Shown: positions 50,994-64,000 of the stretch, piece by piece
How the letters are laid out: each line of letters starts with the position of its first letter
Numbering within the stretch: position 1 is the first letter of the stretch
Origin: Phoronis australis
Lineage: Eukaryota; Animalia; Phoronida
Assembly: GCA_002633005.1 (NCBI GenBank)
Contig: NMRA01000030.1
Location: 1,510,453-1,574,452 of the forward strand
Length of the DNA: 64,000 nt
Reading direction: 5' to 3'
The notes under the pieces: generated by a model
The model's database searches: none
What the model was told of the DNA's origin: nothing
Seen by the model: only the letters and a program-made list of their open reading frames with translations
Translations under genes and position numbers: made by a program

Positions 50994-51088
50994 CTCTTCA
51001 GATTAGTTGTGTTGATGGGTAGCTCAGTGGTAACGCTTGCGACTCCAGACACTTGCAGGAAGATCAGAAACCACGGAGCCGTCTTCAT
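50994..51088 (-). CDS. Cys-loop ligand-gated chloride channel subunit, coding exon 1 (signal peptide)
   Basis: ATG at 51088-51086; MKTAPWFLIFLQVSGVASVTTELPINTTNLKR; donor AG|GTATG; 95 nt, phase 2, matching the next exon. Confidence 0.72.
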
Positions 51089-52039
51089 TCTGCGTATATT
51101 GTCCGCGCAGCTTTGGTACAAGAAAATGACTCTTCACTACAAATAGATGTGAATGACATAACTTAATTGAAATTAAATTAGTTACTTTCTACAAGAATTA
51201 CTGTCAGTGGGCACAAAGAAAAACGATTTATACGATATGTATAACTAATTTTTAAGATGAAATGCGAATACAACTCAGCAACCTTAAACACTGAGAAACA
51301 CGAATCCTTAAATTATCACGCGAGTAATTCAACTTCGAAATGACCTGTTTGGGTAGCTTCGTGTTCCCAAAAGCAATCTGGAACCAGCCGTTCTTTTTAT
51401 TATACTAAACCTGCTTGGCGTTTATAGTCGATTCATGTTCCTGAGGCTCTTGAGGCGCTCATCCACAACGTGCGATGTAATCGATCGGTTTCATAGACGA
51501 AACAGTCTATTCTCTAACGCATGCACTTGGAGCTCAAAATCTTACTTTTCAAAATAGAAATAGTTACAAAGGGTCAAAAGCAATACACCTATGAGACTGT
51601 CATTGTAATTAAGTAACGAGTAACGACAACAGCACGTCTTTTTGTAGCGTCATACCGACTGTATTAATAGGACAAAACTATTCTAGAAAACATTTTTCTC
51701 TCATTTTCCAGTTTTTGGTATACAGGTTAAGTCACGTTTGTTGATTTCTTATTTAGTTTATGCTTAGTCCGACAATAAAACGAATAGAAACCATTTTGCA
51801 AATGAGCGCGACACTCTTACCTTCCTGAACAGCTTAGGTTTCAAGGAAAAGACACAAACACTATTTGCATTCATATAGATATTTATAGTGCAGGTATTCA
51901 TTTATTATGTGCAGTCGAGCATGTTATTCCCAACAGCACCTACATGTACAGGATCTCAGGTCAACTAATTTAGCACAGGTATCGGGTGATCGAAACACTG
52001 CAGACGGGACAGCATGTTACCTGCAGCTCCATCAATGTT

Positions 52040-52330
52040 TACGTCGTCGTCATCATCGTCATCATTATCCTACTCATCACTGGTCACCCTGATCGCAATC
52101 GTAGGCGTCATCGTCATCAAAATCAAACTTATTTTTATCATACTATAACCATTACCATCTCCGTGACAACCGTCTGTAATGTCGTCATCGTCAGCGTTGC
52201 TGTCATTGTCGTCGCCTTCGTCACAATCATCACAGTTGCTATTGTTACCATAATCAACGTCGTTGATCTTATTTAACATCACTGTCACAGCGGCAGCGAC
52301 GGCGGATGTAGCGACGGCTGAGGCATCAGC
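52040..52330. repeat. Low-complexity (RTC)n/(GCN)n trinucleotide-like tract
   Basis: gtcgtcgtcatcatcgtcatcatt... runs; explains the His/Val/Asp-rich spurious ORFs. Confidence 0.85.
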
Positions 52331-55300
52331 GGCAAATTTAAGGCATATTATGATCTAACATTCCAAGTGATATTTTTTTCACCAAAAATGTAGTAGCAAA
52401 TTAATGTTGCTAACTGATTTGATCATACTTTAGCAGATCTTTCGGGAAGCACTTTTTCAAACAACATTTAAACACCCCATTCCCTTACAGACATTTCAGA
52501 TTTCTCCATAAACAATCAAACAATTGCTTTATGTCAGCATTTATGTACGTAAATTGTGAGCATGTTAATTCACCAAAATTAAACCAAACCCCAGAATTTA
52601 AGTGGCAAGTAAAACAGGAACGTGTTGCTGCTTTGATTATTTCAAGAATGATCTTCAAACTGTAAAATGTCTTGATGCATAGCGATTTGAATTAACTTTT
52701 GTTTTAAAGAAGAAATGAATTACAGCGCCCATATTACGTGAAAAATGTCTGTTCTAAAATATCCGCCCACGGGTGCTAGAACGTACCCCGATATCCTGAT
52801 GTCATCTGCGTGACACATTGATGACCCTTAGGTGCCTGATCTCGAATGCACCAAAGAAGTAACGACAAATACAAAACTTTCGTTTAATTTGATTTAATTC
52901 TCGGTCATGAGGGAAAGTTAATATGACTATGAATTTGGGTTCCGCCTAACTAATGGAGACTTGCACATTATTTTATTTTGCCGCTAAGATCGCTAGTAGC
53001 GCAGGTCGTTCGTTATCTTCCCGTGTACGCTATGGACTGGGCTTGGTTGTTGCAGGTTTCTCGTATACTGCCGGTTGTTGTGCGAATATATTTATTACAT
53101 ATTTGTTTATTTATTTAATGAAGAGCTTCTGCTCCTCTTAATTGTATTTTACGCAGCATATATTTTCTTAAAGACCAATTTACCGATGAAATCGGGAGTG
53201 GTGAACTTCCGTGCGCTTGACATCAACAGCAAAACGCACAAATTAGCATTTTTTCGTCGAATTTCCTACAATATTGTGGAAAGAGGTAGTAAATTGAAAT
53301 TTTGATTGTCCAAAGACCTGTTTTTACTATAGCCTTTTGAAGGTACCGAAATATCAAATGCACTGCAGAAACATATCATCAGCTACTAGAGAAGTGCATA
53401 TCGGAAATGCCGATAAGATTTGCAGTTCGACAACTGTCAGATTCGCTACACTAAAGAGCGTTCGTTTGACGGGCCAGAGATCCACTTTTGCGTATTAGTA
53501 ATTTTTGAAGGAGCTAAAATACAGTACAGCGTTGTTTTCAATTTCAATTCAAAGAATTAAAAGCTTTTGTAGTGTATAGACTTTTTGGGTTGTTATGAGC
53601 TTTTACCAGAACTATAAAACAATAACATCCCTTGTTTGTGTTATCTTATTACAAATCGCCAGCTCTCGCTGTTATCTGCTAGACATTTACTGAAATCAAA
53701 GCCGTCGTCCTTACCGATTAAACACGCTAATTTGCTAATTAACGCGCTTAATTAGGACCATCGGCAGAATGTTCGGTTTCTGTTGCTTTAATGCTAATTT
53801 CTCCTTTACTTTTCTTGCCGAGAACATTCCTCTAACATAATGGTCATTAATTTGCTAAACACTCAACGACAAACATTCACAGGCCATGGCAAGTACACGG
53901 GATATCCGGAACGACTTTAGCGGTCCTTGGCTGAGAAAGCATCCCTCATTCGATGTCAATTTGACTGAATGCTTTTGGCGTGTACTGTATCTGCTAATAC
54001 AAAAAAGTACAGTCTCATACGACGTTACAGGGAAATTTACATCCGTAACTGTACCCATGTGAGACTTACAGGCTTTAAAAATGAAAATAATTGACAAATG
54101 TAGGAGTCTTTTGACATGATGTATTATGTTTTGATGACGAAAAGTTCAATGACGAAATTCATATTGAAACACGACCTTGTTGCAGTTACTTTAAACACAC
54201 ATTTTCTGAAACTGTTGCCAAATAAAAATAATATTAACAAATATTTACAAACATCAAACTTTTATATAGTGATTTTAAAATTTGCGATAGCACAGGCGTT
54301 CTTTCCTTTACCCCTTCTTGAAAACTATCGCATAGAATCATGCCATTACGCAGTCTATCCGTAGATGTTTCCTAACAAGTCATCAGGGAGTCTGAACAGT
54401 AATTAAAAGGTCACTTCTCAGAGTTCTCTCTTGTCAGTTAACATACGCAAATGATGGACGTTGACTCATTCTAGGTTTTATCATTATAAATCGCCACCGA
54501 ATTTTCCATACATTTCAATGAACCTGTTTCTGTCCTTACGATGTTTAGTCTACGCACTCTATTATAATTTTGATTTGTTTTATCTAAAAGCAGCAATTCC
54601 AAAGAGTAAATGATGAATTATGCTAAGTTTTATGAAGGGAACATGTAAGACTTGCCGTTTATACAGTAAGCCTTAAAAGTTGCGTCAATTTTTTTTACCA
54701 TGTCTCTGTACCCGTATTACCTTGTTGGTCATCATTCACAACTCACAACATTCTACCATCAGCTGCCTCTGAAAACGACCAGTTGGTCTGTTTTGACGTC
54801 ATCAATTACGTGGCAGAAGGTAAACTGGGGAAAGGGTAACATTTATTAATGAGATGGTGCATGACTGGCGCCGCAATGAAGACCTAACGGAAGATGAACG
54901 CAGGTGTTGTCTCTTCAATTATAAATTGCCTTCAATAATCTGAAAATTAAGGTACAAAAGCCGTCTATGTGTAGACCTCGCACACACGGGGACGTGCTGA
55001 TCAAAGAGCAAAGTTCGATATTGCGACGCTTTATTCGATCAATGTAGCTTTGAGCTTTAAACTAATCAGCCGTGGGAATCATGCAGCCCAAGCCTCTAAA
55101 ATGTTGTATAATGTGCAGTGCTTCGAATTTACTCCTTCATTTGTGGATTAGTCAGGTTTGATTTTATTGCTGGAAGCAGACCTATGTCTCAGACGATCCT
55201 ATCTCTTGAGGTTTTTTATACTTCCTTGTTTTGGAAAAAAGCTGGTGGCTTTGCGCTACTCGATATTGTCTCATGTTGAATCCTGTTTCAACGTTGTTCA

Positions 55301-55479
55301 AGGCTGGAAAACCGAAAAATGATCTACACGGGACACGTGCGATTAAGTTGAAAGCTGAGCCTTCTAGGTCAAACTGTATAAATACTCCCCCGTCAAGTGA
55401 ATACTGCGTTTTCTAGAAATATTTTGCTTTCCAAAATTGTTTCGCCTCCTGATGCAGAGTACAGCTTAACTGATATTTA

Positions 55480-55945
55480 CTCTTGACAACGAATTAAACA
55501 AATTTATGTTCTTCCACTCAAGCTTTTGTTACCTCCTTATGTTAAAACGTTTGAATATTTCTATATTCATAGGAAATTATATACAAAATTAACTTGAAAA
55601 AGACGAAGTTAGTAAATGATGACAAGTGTGTATCTTGTGGAACTGTTGAAACTTTTAACCATATGTTTGTGGACTGTGATTCTGTAAAAACTTTGTAGTG
55701 TGAAATTCAGAAACTTTTAATTTATGTAACTGCACAACACGACTTAATCTGAGATAAAAATGTTATTTTGACATCATATTTTGAAAGTAATTTTGAAGAT
55801 GTTAATATCATATTAACTATTTGTTAGTATTTCATTCATAAATGCTCTAGAGACCAGATTATTCCTAGATATTCACAATTTCAATGTTTCTTGTACAATT
55901 ATTGTAAATCAAGAAATATACAACCCCTTACAACTGTCTTTTGAC
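55480..55945 (+). mobile_element. Tx1/L1-clade LINE 3' remnant (zf-RVT region)
   Basis: KQIYVLPLKL...KTFEYFYIHRKLYTK...DDKCVSCGTVETFNHMFVDCDSVKTL*, followed by a K.FIHKC-like motif. Confidence 0.75.
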
Positions 55946-58900
55946 AAACCCTCAATACTTATTTAGACTAGATCAACCGTGAAGTTGTATTATTTAGATT
56001 TGTGCGTGTGTGTGTTTCGTTTGCATATAGTTCATTGTTGTACATCTCATTGTATTTAAAGATAATTTTTTATATAAAAAATCTACATGGGATACGCATT
56101 TATGGAAATATTTTTCCAATAATAAATACAATGTACAACTCACAGTCCATGAATCCTTACTTTTAATTACACAACACGACTGTTCTAATTCGTGTCCATT
56201 TGACGCATTATGTCTATCTTGACTAATTACCTCCATTTTAATCCACTACGTCTAGTCTGACACTCACACTGTCCATGGACAAAAATTAACAGTTGAAATA
56301 TAGCGACATGTTTCGGCGGTAAAGCATCCAACATTGTCCAGCTATATTCAGAGAATGGATGCCACGATACACAGAACATTGAAAAACACGCAAAAATACC
56401 AGAAACTGGATTAGCTATCAATCAGAATACACACATTGAAAATGATTGACACCTTTCGTGAGCCGTGAGATTTAATTAAACTTCTTCTAAAAAGCTAGTT
56501 GTCTAAGTTCATTGTATGTGGTCACGCCATTACTTTAACAGATACTAAAGCCTATTCGGTGATCCCATGAAAACTGGTTTTGATAAGTGGTAGACCTATT
56601 GTTCCATTTGAGAGAGCTATAAACACTACTGATGTCATCAGGTAGGTAAGGGCATGGTACCGACCACCACTCGGATGTTCTGACACTTAAAAGACGTTGA
56701 ATACTTTGTAGAGTTCAACTGATCGAGAGCGGAAACAAAATAGGGATTACGCTGCCTACTGAATAAGAAAAAAGGTGGATTACCTTATTTTGAGTGCGCC
56801 ACGTGTGGCCGTTGAATATTGTTTTCTCTCATCTCCCAACGACAGATGTCGCGAAAAACCCGTGAAAATGATAAGGAGATAGCCACCTACCTCAACAATA
56901 GATGTCGTGTATACCTAACACAGGTACCGACTGTTAATAAATAAATACTAATAATGAGACATTGTGACCACCTGAAATATAACATAAACTAAATATTGTC
57001 TAAACGAGTTATAACAACAAAGTACATTCGAATACACTACAAAAATCATCAAGGGGTTCAGACACCATTATCCGACAAGTAGTAAATTATTAAATGGCCG
57101 CACGCTTCATATTAATTGTGTACTGGATTACTTCCATATTTTTTCTAATATAAGTTTTCCACAAAGTCCGGGCTGACACGTATCTTACTTTATGCAGGGT
57201 CAATAAAGTATAATTCGATTAAGTATAATTCGAACCTGTGTGCTTTAATAAGATGCTGGATCTTTTCAGTACTTTCGACAGGCATATGCATTTCTTTATA
57301 CTCGGCGCATTACGTACATTTTGAACCAACCTACACATGCATGTCTCGTCAATTCATAATCGTCTATGCACTATAACTGTAAATGCCGACGCACTCTTGT
57401 GTTTGTTGTCTGACTATATTCGCCATCTGTTGGTGGTTTATGTGTTTGCTCTCCAGCTTCTACCGCGTATATTTTCCACGTGACTAATTCTTCAATAGAA
57501 TTTTGCATATGTATAACTGCTCGGCACACCATAGTTTATAGCTGTAACGCGCGCCAGCTTAGCTCATTCGTGCTTCAACGTCCTTACATGTATCTTGAGT
57601 TTTGAGTTTAGTCGTGATCTATGCCGCAAATTGGTGTAAGTATTTTGTACTTAGTTTTGTTACAGTATATAGTCAGTACTTCAACGTAATTGTAACGCGT
57701 ACTCTGTAACTTTAATTAGCGTTGCCTCCAGTAGTTTGACGTTGTCCGAATAAGAATATATGCAATGTTTNCTTCTTGATTTTCGATTTGTCGTGAATGT
57801 TGAGGATTGAACTAGGAAGATCTGGAGGTATTTATGATATTTATTGGTTTCGATGTGAACAAATAGAAGCAATGAACGTGTTGCTGTCGCAGATAAAATG
57901 TTTGAGTGAAATTACTCTCAGATTTGACGTGCTTGGGTTACTCCGGAAGTGGCCGGCAGACGTCCATATTGAATGTCAGTTGTGTACCTTTCTCTTTATT
58001 ATGTTATATTGTAGAGGGCTACTTAAAGGTGCCTGTGGTTGAACCGAGTAACTATAAGAAGGAAACAAATAAAGTTTGTCAACGCAACTTATGCTCGAGT
58101 TCTCCATGTGGCTTTAACGATTTTCGCGACCACAATAACGATGCTACACAATGTGTATATAAAAAACTCGAACGCCGGAGATATTAGGAAACTGAGTACA
58201 GACTTGACCTAGTCTACAGCATGCAAACTATTCCGAGCTAGATCAGAGTTTGAATGTTAGCGGTAAGTTATCATTTCCTTCACTTTAGAGATTTTTAAAT
58301 TTCGTTTCGCTTACTTGCTAATTCCATTTGTTTTTTGTTTGTTTTTTTATATTTTATTTTGTAGATGAGCTACAGGTGAATCCTCTGAACTTGTCTAAAA
58401 GTTCTGTACCAACACTACCTCTGAGGTGAGTTTATTTAGTGTAAACAATTTCGATTATTCCAATAGTTTATATTTTTTATACATTTTATTATTTCGTATT
58501 CCTTCCGGTTTACCGAACAATTCCGGTTTCACGTATGACCTTGGATCGAGGTCCCTCTCTAATGGGTCCAATCAAACCTATTACGTACTGAGCGTGACGT
58601 CATTGTTACTTCCTTCCGGATGACCTTGACCTCATAAACGCAGCACCTAAATGACTTACTGTACTACTCTTATCATCTTGTTCAGTATTACTCTGTACAT
58701 AACGAATTATTCCAAGACAAGTGCAAGACTACAGTCGATAGAATTGCACCAGTGCTAACATCAGCGGAGCTTGAGGTAATAAAGGTGCTGTCATTACCGG
58801 GCGAGTATCAATGCTAAAAAGACAATTACGTTGTCTGCGGGACAACGCTATGCCCCTGGTGGGAGGGCCAGTTTTTAAAGTTAAGTTAATCGGTGTCGTT

Positions 58901-59857
58901 TTCATGTATGGAACACGCCTACTGCCACCTTGTAACAAGTTATTTTGACACATCTGAGTACAATTAGGTGCGCCAGAGTTGAATCGAAAAGTACATGTAA
59001 TTCCTAAGCATGTCATTCCCTATGTCTGTTTGACCAATAAGACGTTGTGGTCTCGCCAATATTTGTTGTTCACATGTGTATGTAGGGCCCTAGAAAAATG
59101 TAAAATTTTGGCCAACATCATACTGTATCTCAAAAATGGTGATCGGAATCATATGAAACTTTGAGATAGTATATTTTACACATTGGTATGCAAAACGCTG
59201 TTAAGATTAGTTTGTGAAATGTTCAACTTTTGCAGAAATATACACATGTCAACCAATACTGAATCATGTATTTGTTAAGTATTTTTGTCGTTTCTGTTGC
59301 TATGGCGTAGCGCCAAAGTGTTATGTGTTTTCAGTAATTAATATGCATTTTTCCGATGTTCATAGAAAGATTTTAAACCATCGCTTTGGCATCTGCTGCC
59401 AATCAGTTTTGTTGAAGTAATCTAATATCACGAGCCTTGTTCGACAGGACTAAAGGAGTCGCCAAGCAGTATAACAACACTCTCAGTTACTAGACGTAAA
59501 AGCCTTTAAAGGGTAAGTAGGTATACTTGACCATATTTTGACTCGTTTTCGTCAGTTCTACGCTGTATGGCTTTTTACAAAAAATGCTATGGTTAGAGCA
59601 AAAATGGTTGACATGTATGGAAATAGGACTTATGTATATATTTTTATAAAAAAATAATATTGAATAAAAATAGAAACCGAAAAGATAATTTATAAAACTG
59701 TAACAGCGTTGGTGTTTATATCGTATAAAATTGAGCCATGTTATTGAACCTATTGTATTGCTACAAATGTACTTTTTCGCCAAATTTTCGGAAAGAGCAT
59801 CGTCACTTGACCGAATTAATGGCAGATTGACATGGAGTTTCTACTCTCATAATATAC

Positions 59858-59864
<7 letters not shown>

Positions 59865-59908
<44 letters not shown>
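59865..59908. repeat. (TA)n microsatellite
   Basis: Perfect TA run. Confidence 0.97.
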
Positions 59909-59909
<1 letters not shown>

Positions 59910-62309
59910 TTTCGCTATGTTAAGCTTTATATTTTTAGATATTTGCTAAATGTACAAAGTTGTCGAACGGTCCTGCATAATTTTTAACACGAATGAAATG
60001 TAACTTTTTTCCAAAAATTAGGAGAGGCACCAAGTTAAAACGAAAAATCGCGCCACTCACGTAAATATATTGTTAGCTCGGTCTCAAACGTTATCCTAAT
60101 TTAAACTCGTGATAAGTTCAACATTTTAGTGATCGAACCTTGTCTCTGTTTTTCTCTTGATCATACCCATAGGCGTAAATAGACGTTTTAAAGAGATGAT
60201 AAGATGCTTAACTTTATTACGAACCTGGTATACATTAAAAGGGATGATTCGATGCTTACGGTTACCTTTATTAAGAATCTGAAGTACACTTTAGCTGTAT
60301 AATCACAGTCGCGTGTAATAAAAACAGTGGAGTGTTTGCTTGAGTAAATACATTGTAACAGCCTCTCTTCAGTTGCACTGCCACATTTAAAAAGCGAGCA
60401 GTAAATGTCGATTAATTTTGTTATGCAGCACGCTTGATCAATATTTGGTTGAATGCTGCAAACAGGTTGGTTATGACTCTTTGAGTTGTGCTACTAGAGG
60501 AGCATTGGTCACTATGGCAACAGTAGTTTCATCGCACAAGTACGCTTAAAGCACGCTACCATTTAGTCATCAGGTATGGCTTAATTTGGATTCATATAAA
60601 AAACACTATTGTTTACATCAACAGAAGTTATTCTCAATCCAAACAAAACAACTTTACTTCCAAGTAGTGAACTACAACGGGGTAATTGGCGATCTTGAAA
60701 TTGGATTGGCGCACTTTTGAGGAGACCAATTGCGTATTCGTATGTGACGACGTTTGAGATAAAATATCTCACTAATTAACTTCCTGTAATACAAGATGGG
60801 CATCAAATCAAAACACAAAAGAATAAACCGACAGAGTGACTTTTATGTAAAAGCCAAAGCACTAAAATTTAAGGAATTCAAATTATCGTTGAGGCATGCA
60901 GCCACGCATTTATTAGCACACCAAAATTATTTCAGTAAGCAGCAGTAATATGAATATCCTCAGATAGTTTGCTTTTGATTAAATAGGTTTCAATTCTTTT
61001 TCAGAAATAGTCATGTGGAGAGTAAGATAACATTTCATGAAACATAACCTCAAACGTCATACATTTACAAGGCTGGTCGGATTAAACTGAAAGTAGACCT
61101 GAATAGTACCATTTCTCACTCCCATTTAGCAAACTTAAAAACTAGTTACTCATTGACGTACTTTCCCGCATTTTTGTTTGCTTTTTCGTCTGTTAATGCA
61201 GTTACACCGTAGAAATTGTATTCTGTAATTTTGGTATCTCTATGATACTATTTTCATTCATCGTTATAATTTTGTTAATCTGCCCACACGTTATGTTTTC
61301 GATGTAATTGTATCATGTTTTGTAATATTCTTAAGACGAAATATGCTGTTTAAAATGAAATTTGGCATACTCTTTCCCCGCATTGTTCTCCAAGGCACAT
61401 TTTTATAAAATTTTGGGATCGACTGCAATTGATTGAACAATCGAAACAACCTGTTAATTGCAAGTTTTATGCCTTCTCCAGTAAAGAGGATTTGACAATC
61501 TAATGTCTTTTTTTCAATTTGGATTTAGGAAAAAATAAGCTTGTGATATAATGTTTTAAGTTGAAAAATGTTCGCGTGCAATAGTAATTAAACGTTTAAA
61601 TTCAATGGTGGGAATTTTTTTCAGTTATTCTGTGGAGACCAAGTTCGCTCACACATTCAATCAAACACAAATAGGAAAGCACTGTGAGGACCACGATTGA
61701 AGAAGTAAAATCGACCACGGAGGAAACGACATCAAATACGACTGCGGTCTATACAAAAAAACTAAACTCATGTTTGGACGCCAGCGGTACAAAGGACGAC
61801 ATCGACACCGCCAACTACACCTTAACCGAAACGTTTCGATATCAAATTAACGCGAACGACAATGACATAGATGTTAACGGAGCATGTCACCAAATAAGAT
61901 GAATTTTGCGTCATTTAGATCGATGTGTACTTAATATTCCTAGAAGTGCCAATGCCCAGGTTGAAAACAGCCATCGCATCAATTGAGTCATTGGGTAAAC
62001 AATTACGCATAGATCAAAGTCGTTACGACATCCAAAGTCCAAGAGCGTTAAGGTTATCTCCAACCTTATTTAGTGGCCCCCATTCTAACTCGTGTATCAA
62101 AAAACTAACCTTTGTCAACTAGTACAAGTATATATTTTCTGAAAGAACAGACTAGAAATATAAATATACTTTTTGTATTTATGTGCTATAATTATGTTTA
62201 CGTAAAGAAAGGTACATTCATAGCAAAATAATCCCTCGGTCGATTTTAATGAAACCTTTTTTAAATGAAAACTTCACCAGTTACCTCAAAAACGCTGTTA
62301 GGAATTTTC

Positions 62310-63225
62310 GATTAGTCTGTTCGTTTGGTTTCTATGACAAATCAACTCGCAAAACATAAGGTATTTTTGTAAAAAATTGAAGTCGTAATCGTCTTTGTCA
62401 CATTACGAAAAAACTAGGCCTTAATATCAAAAATCCTAACAGTGTTTTTTGAGATTGATGACCAAATATTAAGTTTTGAAAGTTTCAGCGTAATCCATCC
62501 AGCCCTTTTCGAAAACTAGTGTTCCTAAATTCAAATAAAGTCGATATTTCCGAAGCCGAGAAAAAGCCGATTAAACTGGGACAAGTGAAAATCTCGAAGT
62601 CTTCGGTTAATTATTCGGTGAAAATTTGTTTTCAGTACACATAACCTATACAATCCTTAACTATGTTGCTATTTCAACGTTCACTCGCAATGTCAACTGA
62701 TTTTGCAGTGCGCAATTAACTTAATTATCATTAAAACCTCAAATAGACGAATTATTCCCTGCCAACTTTTACTGTTGTTTACGCCCTACTTTCTAAGTAG
62801 GTCACAGTTCATTGCCTGTTCACGTCACGTGCTGGGAGACTGATACGCAACCAAGTAAGAAATGGATTACAAAAATCGAATCGGTGGTTAAAGTATGTCG
62901 TTAGCATGAGATCGAAACATCGAAATGTCGGCTTATTAACTGAATTAAGGCATTAGAGACTGAGGGTATACGAAGCTGTTCTGTACCTGGCGGGAGATTC
63001 GATTTAATTGAAAGCCATTTAACCTTTGACCTTGGATAAGTAGCAAACAAATATCCACGCGGTTGTGCAGTTCCAAGGTCGTTCTGCTAAATCTTTTTTT
63101 TCTCTCTACGTGGTATATATTTTGTTTTTGAAGTTCCCCGAGAATGAAGATAAGGTATTTTGCTAGACACAAGTAAAATATTCTAAAAATAGCCATTTTT
63201 TGGGAATAAGGTTGGAGATAACGTT
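62310..63225 (+). repeat. Interspersed ~1-kb repeat, copy 2
   Basis: Same family and orientation as 3030-4080; the spurious ORFs of both copies share the string KKRFSRTTL..HNRV.ICLL.IQG. Confidence 0.8.
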
Positions 63226-63984
63226 AAAGGAGAATGCCTTTTGTGTCAATTTACTAGATTGAGTAGCTCCACTCGATAACAGCAAGTTCAGTTCTTTTAC
63301 CTGACACCAGACTGCATACGGAGGTGCTGAAATTAACCAATGACGTCACACGTTCTAACAATCTGCTCAGCAGTTCACAAGGCGCTTACTGGTGTCAGCT
63401 TATCACTTGAATTCTAGTCCTCGCTTTGCACCAATAAATCCTCAAAATGCGATGTAAAACACTTACAAATGCATTGAGTTTTTACGGATTTGTAGAAATT
63501 TTGAACGTGCCGTGGCCTATAAAGTTCCGTAGGCCAACTTACCGAGGTCGGTCGTGGAAAGTTGGAGTCTGTTCGGTGATAAATTAGATTTGTTCTTCCG
63601 TGAAATACAGACAGCCAGACAGGAGAGCATTATGGTGTGTTGTAATTTTTAGTTGAGATTTTTCTTTGAGTTCTAAACACAAAGCGCTCGTTATAACACA
63701 GTGGCTCGCCGGAACCCAATCAGGCCCGTCGCTGCCGTACTGAAGACACTACGAACATAAACCAGTCTGGTTAGCCGGCTGAAAAAGTTGAAAAATAAAC
63801 CTCCAGTCACGAAAAGAATAGACTACTAAACCAAAGAAATAATGTGCACGTGAATGTTTTGGTGAATTCCCCGCGCAACAGCAAATCTACGGAACTCGTC
63901 GGGGGCCGCGCCAAGCCAGGTTGCCCTTCCACAAAACCGTACACTGAAAACTAGGTGTACAATAACATTGATTTGAATAACGTG

Positions 63985-64000
63985 TATATATATATATATA
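63985..64000. repeat. (TA)n run truncated by the window end
   Basis: Directly visible. Confidence 0.9.

Noticed and set aside
51907-52288. His-, Val/Ile- and Asp-rich ORFs
   Set aside because: By-products of a trinucleotide low-complexity tract.
61684-61902. Thr/Asp-rich 72-aa ORF
   Set aside because: GTG start, an upstream in-frame stop after the nearest acceptor and no domain; kept only as part of the candidate spliced-transcript finding.
505-63196. Most of the short ORFs in the supplied six-frame track
   Set aside because: They show no recognisable motifs, many use non-ATG starts, and they fall in introns or repeats of a spliced eukaryotic locus.

Overview
Eukaryotic, AT-rich, repeat-laden genomic DNA from what looks like a marine invertebrate (inferred; the taxon cannot be fixed from this window). 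The ORF track is mostly noise because the real genes are spliced. Two convergent genes were reconstructed by hand with GT-AG sites and consistent phases. (1) A 3-exon + strand gene (1775-8160, 244 aa) encodes a secreted signal peptide-PAN/Apple-TSP1-Link(Xlink) protein with one domain per exon and phase-1 introns; its Link module lacks the usual hyaluronan-binding residues and has an extra Cys pair. (2) A 10-coding-exon - strand gene (51088-16688, 400 aa) encodes an anion-selective Cys-loop ligand-gated channel subunit (GlyR/GluCl-like) with a ~21 kb second intron and a mixed set of agonist-binding loops. The rest is transposon debris: a TTAA-flanked Kolobok-like element whose long TIRs include the start of its THAP ORF, a 2-kb element with CATAG termini and a perfect 8-bp TSD, several MITEs and foldback elements, a Penelope GIY-YIG remnant ending in a minimal hammerhead-like motif, LINE 3' remnants and microsatellites. 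The palindrome TACATGTA is about 10-fold over-represented. A candidate spliced non-coding transcript lies near 58 kb. No tRNA, rRNA or CRISPR array was found.
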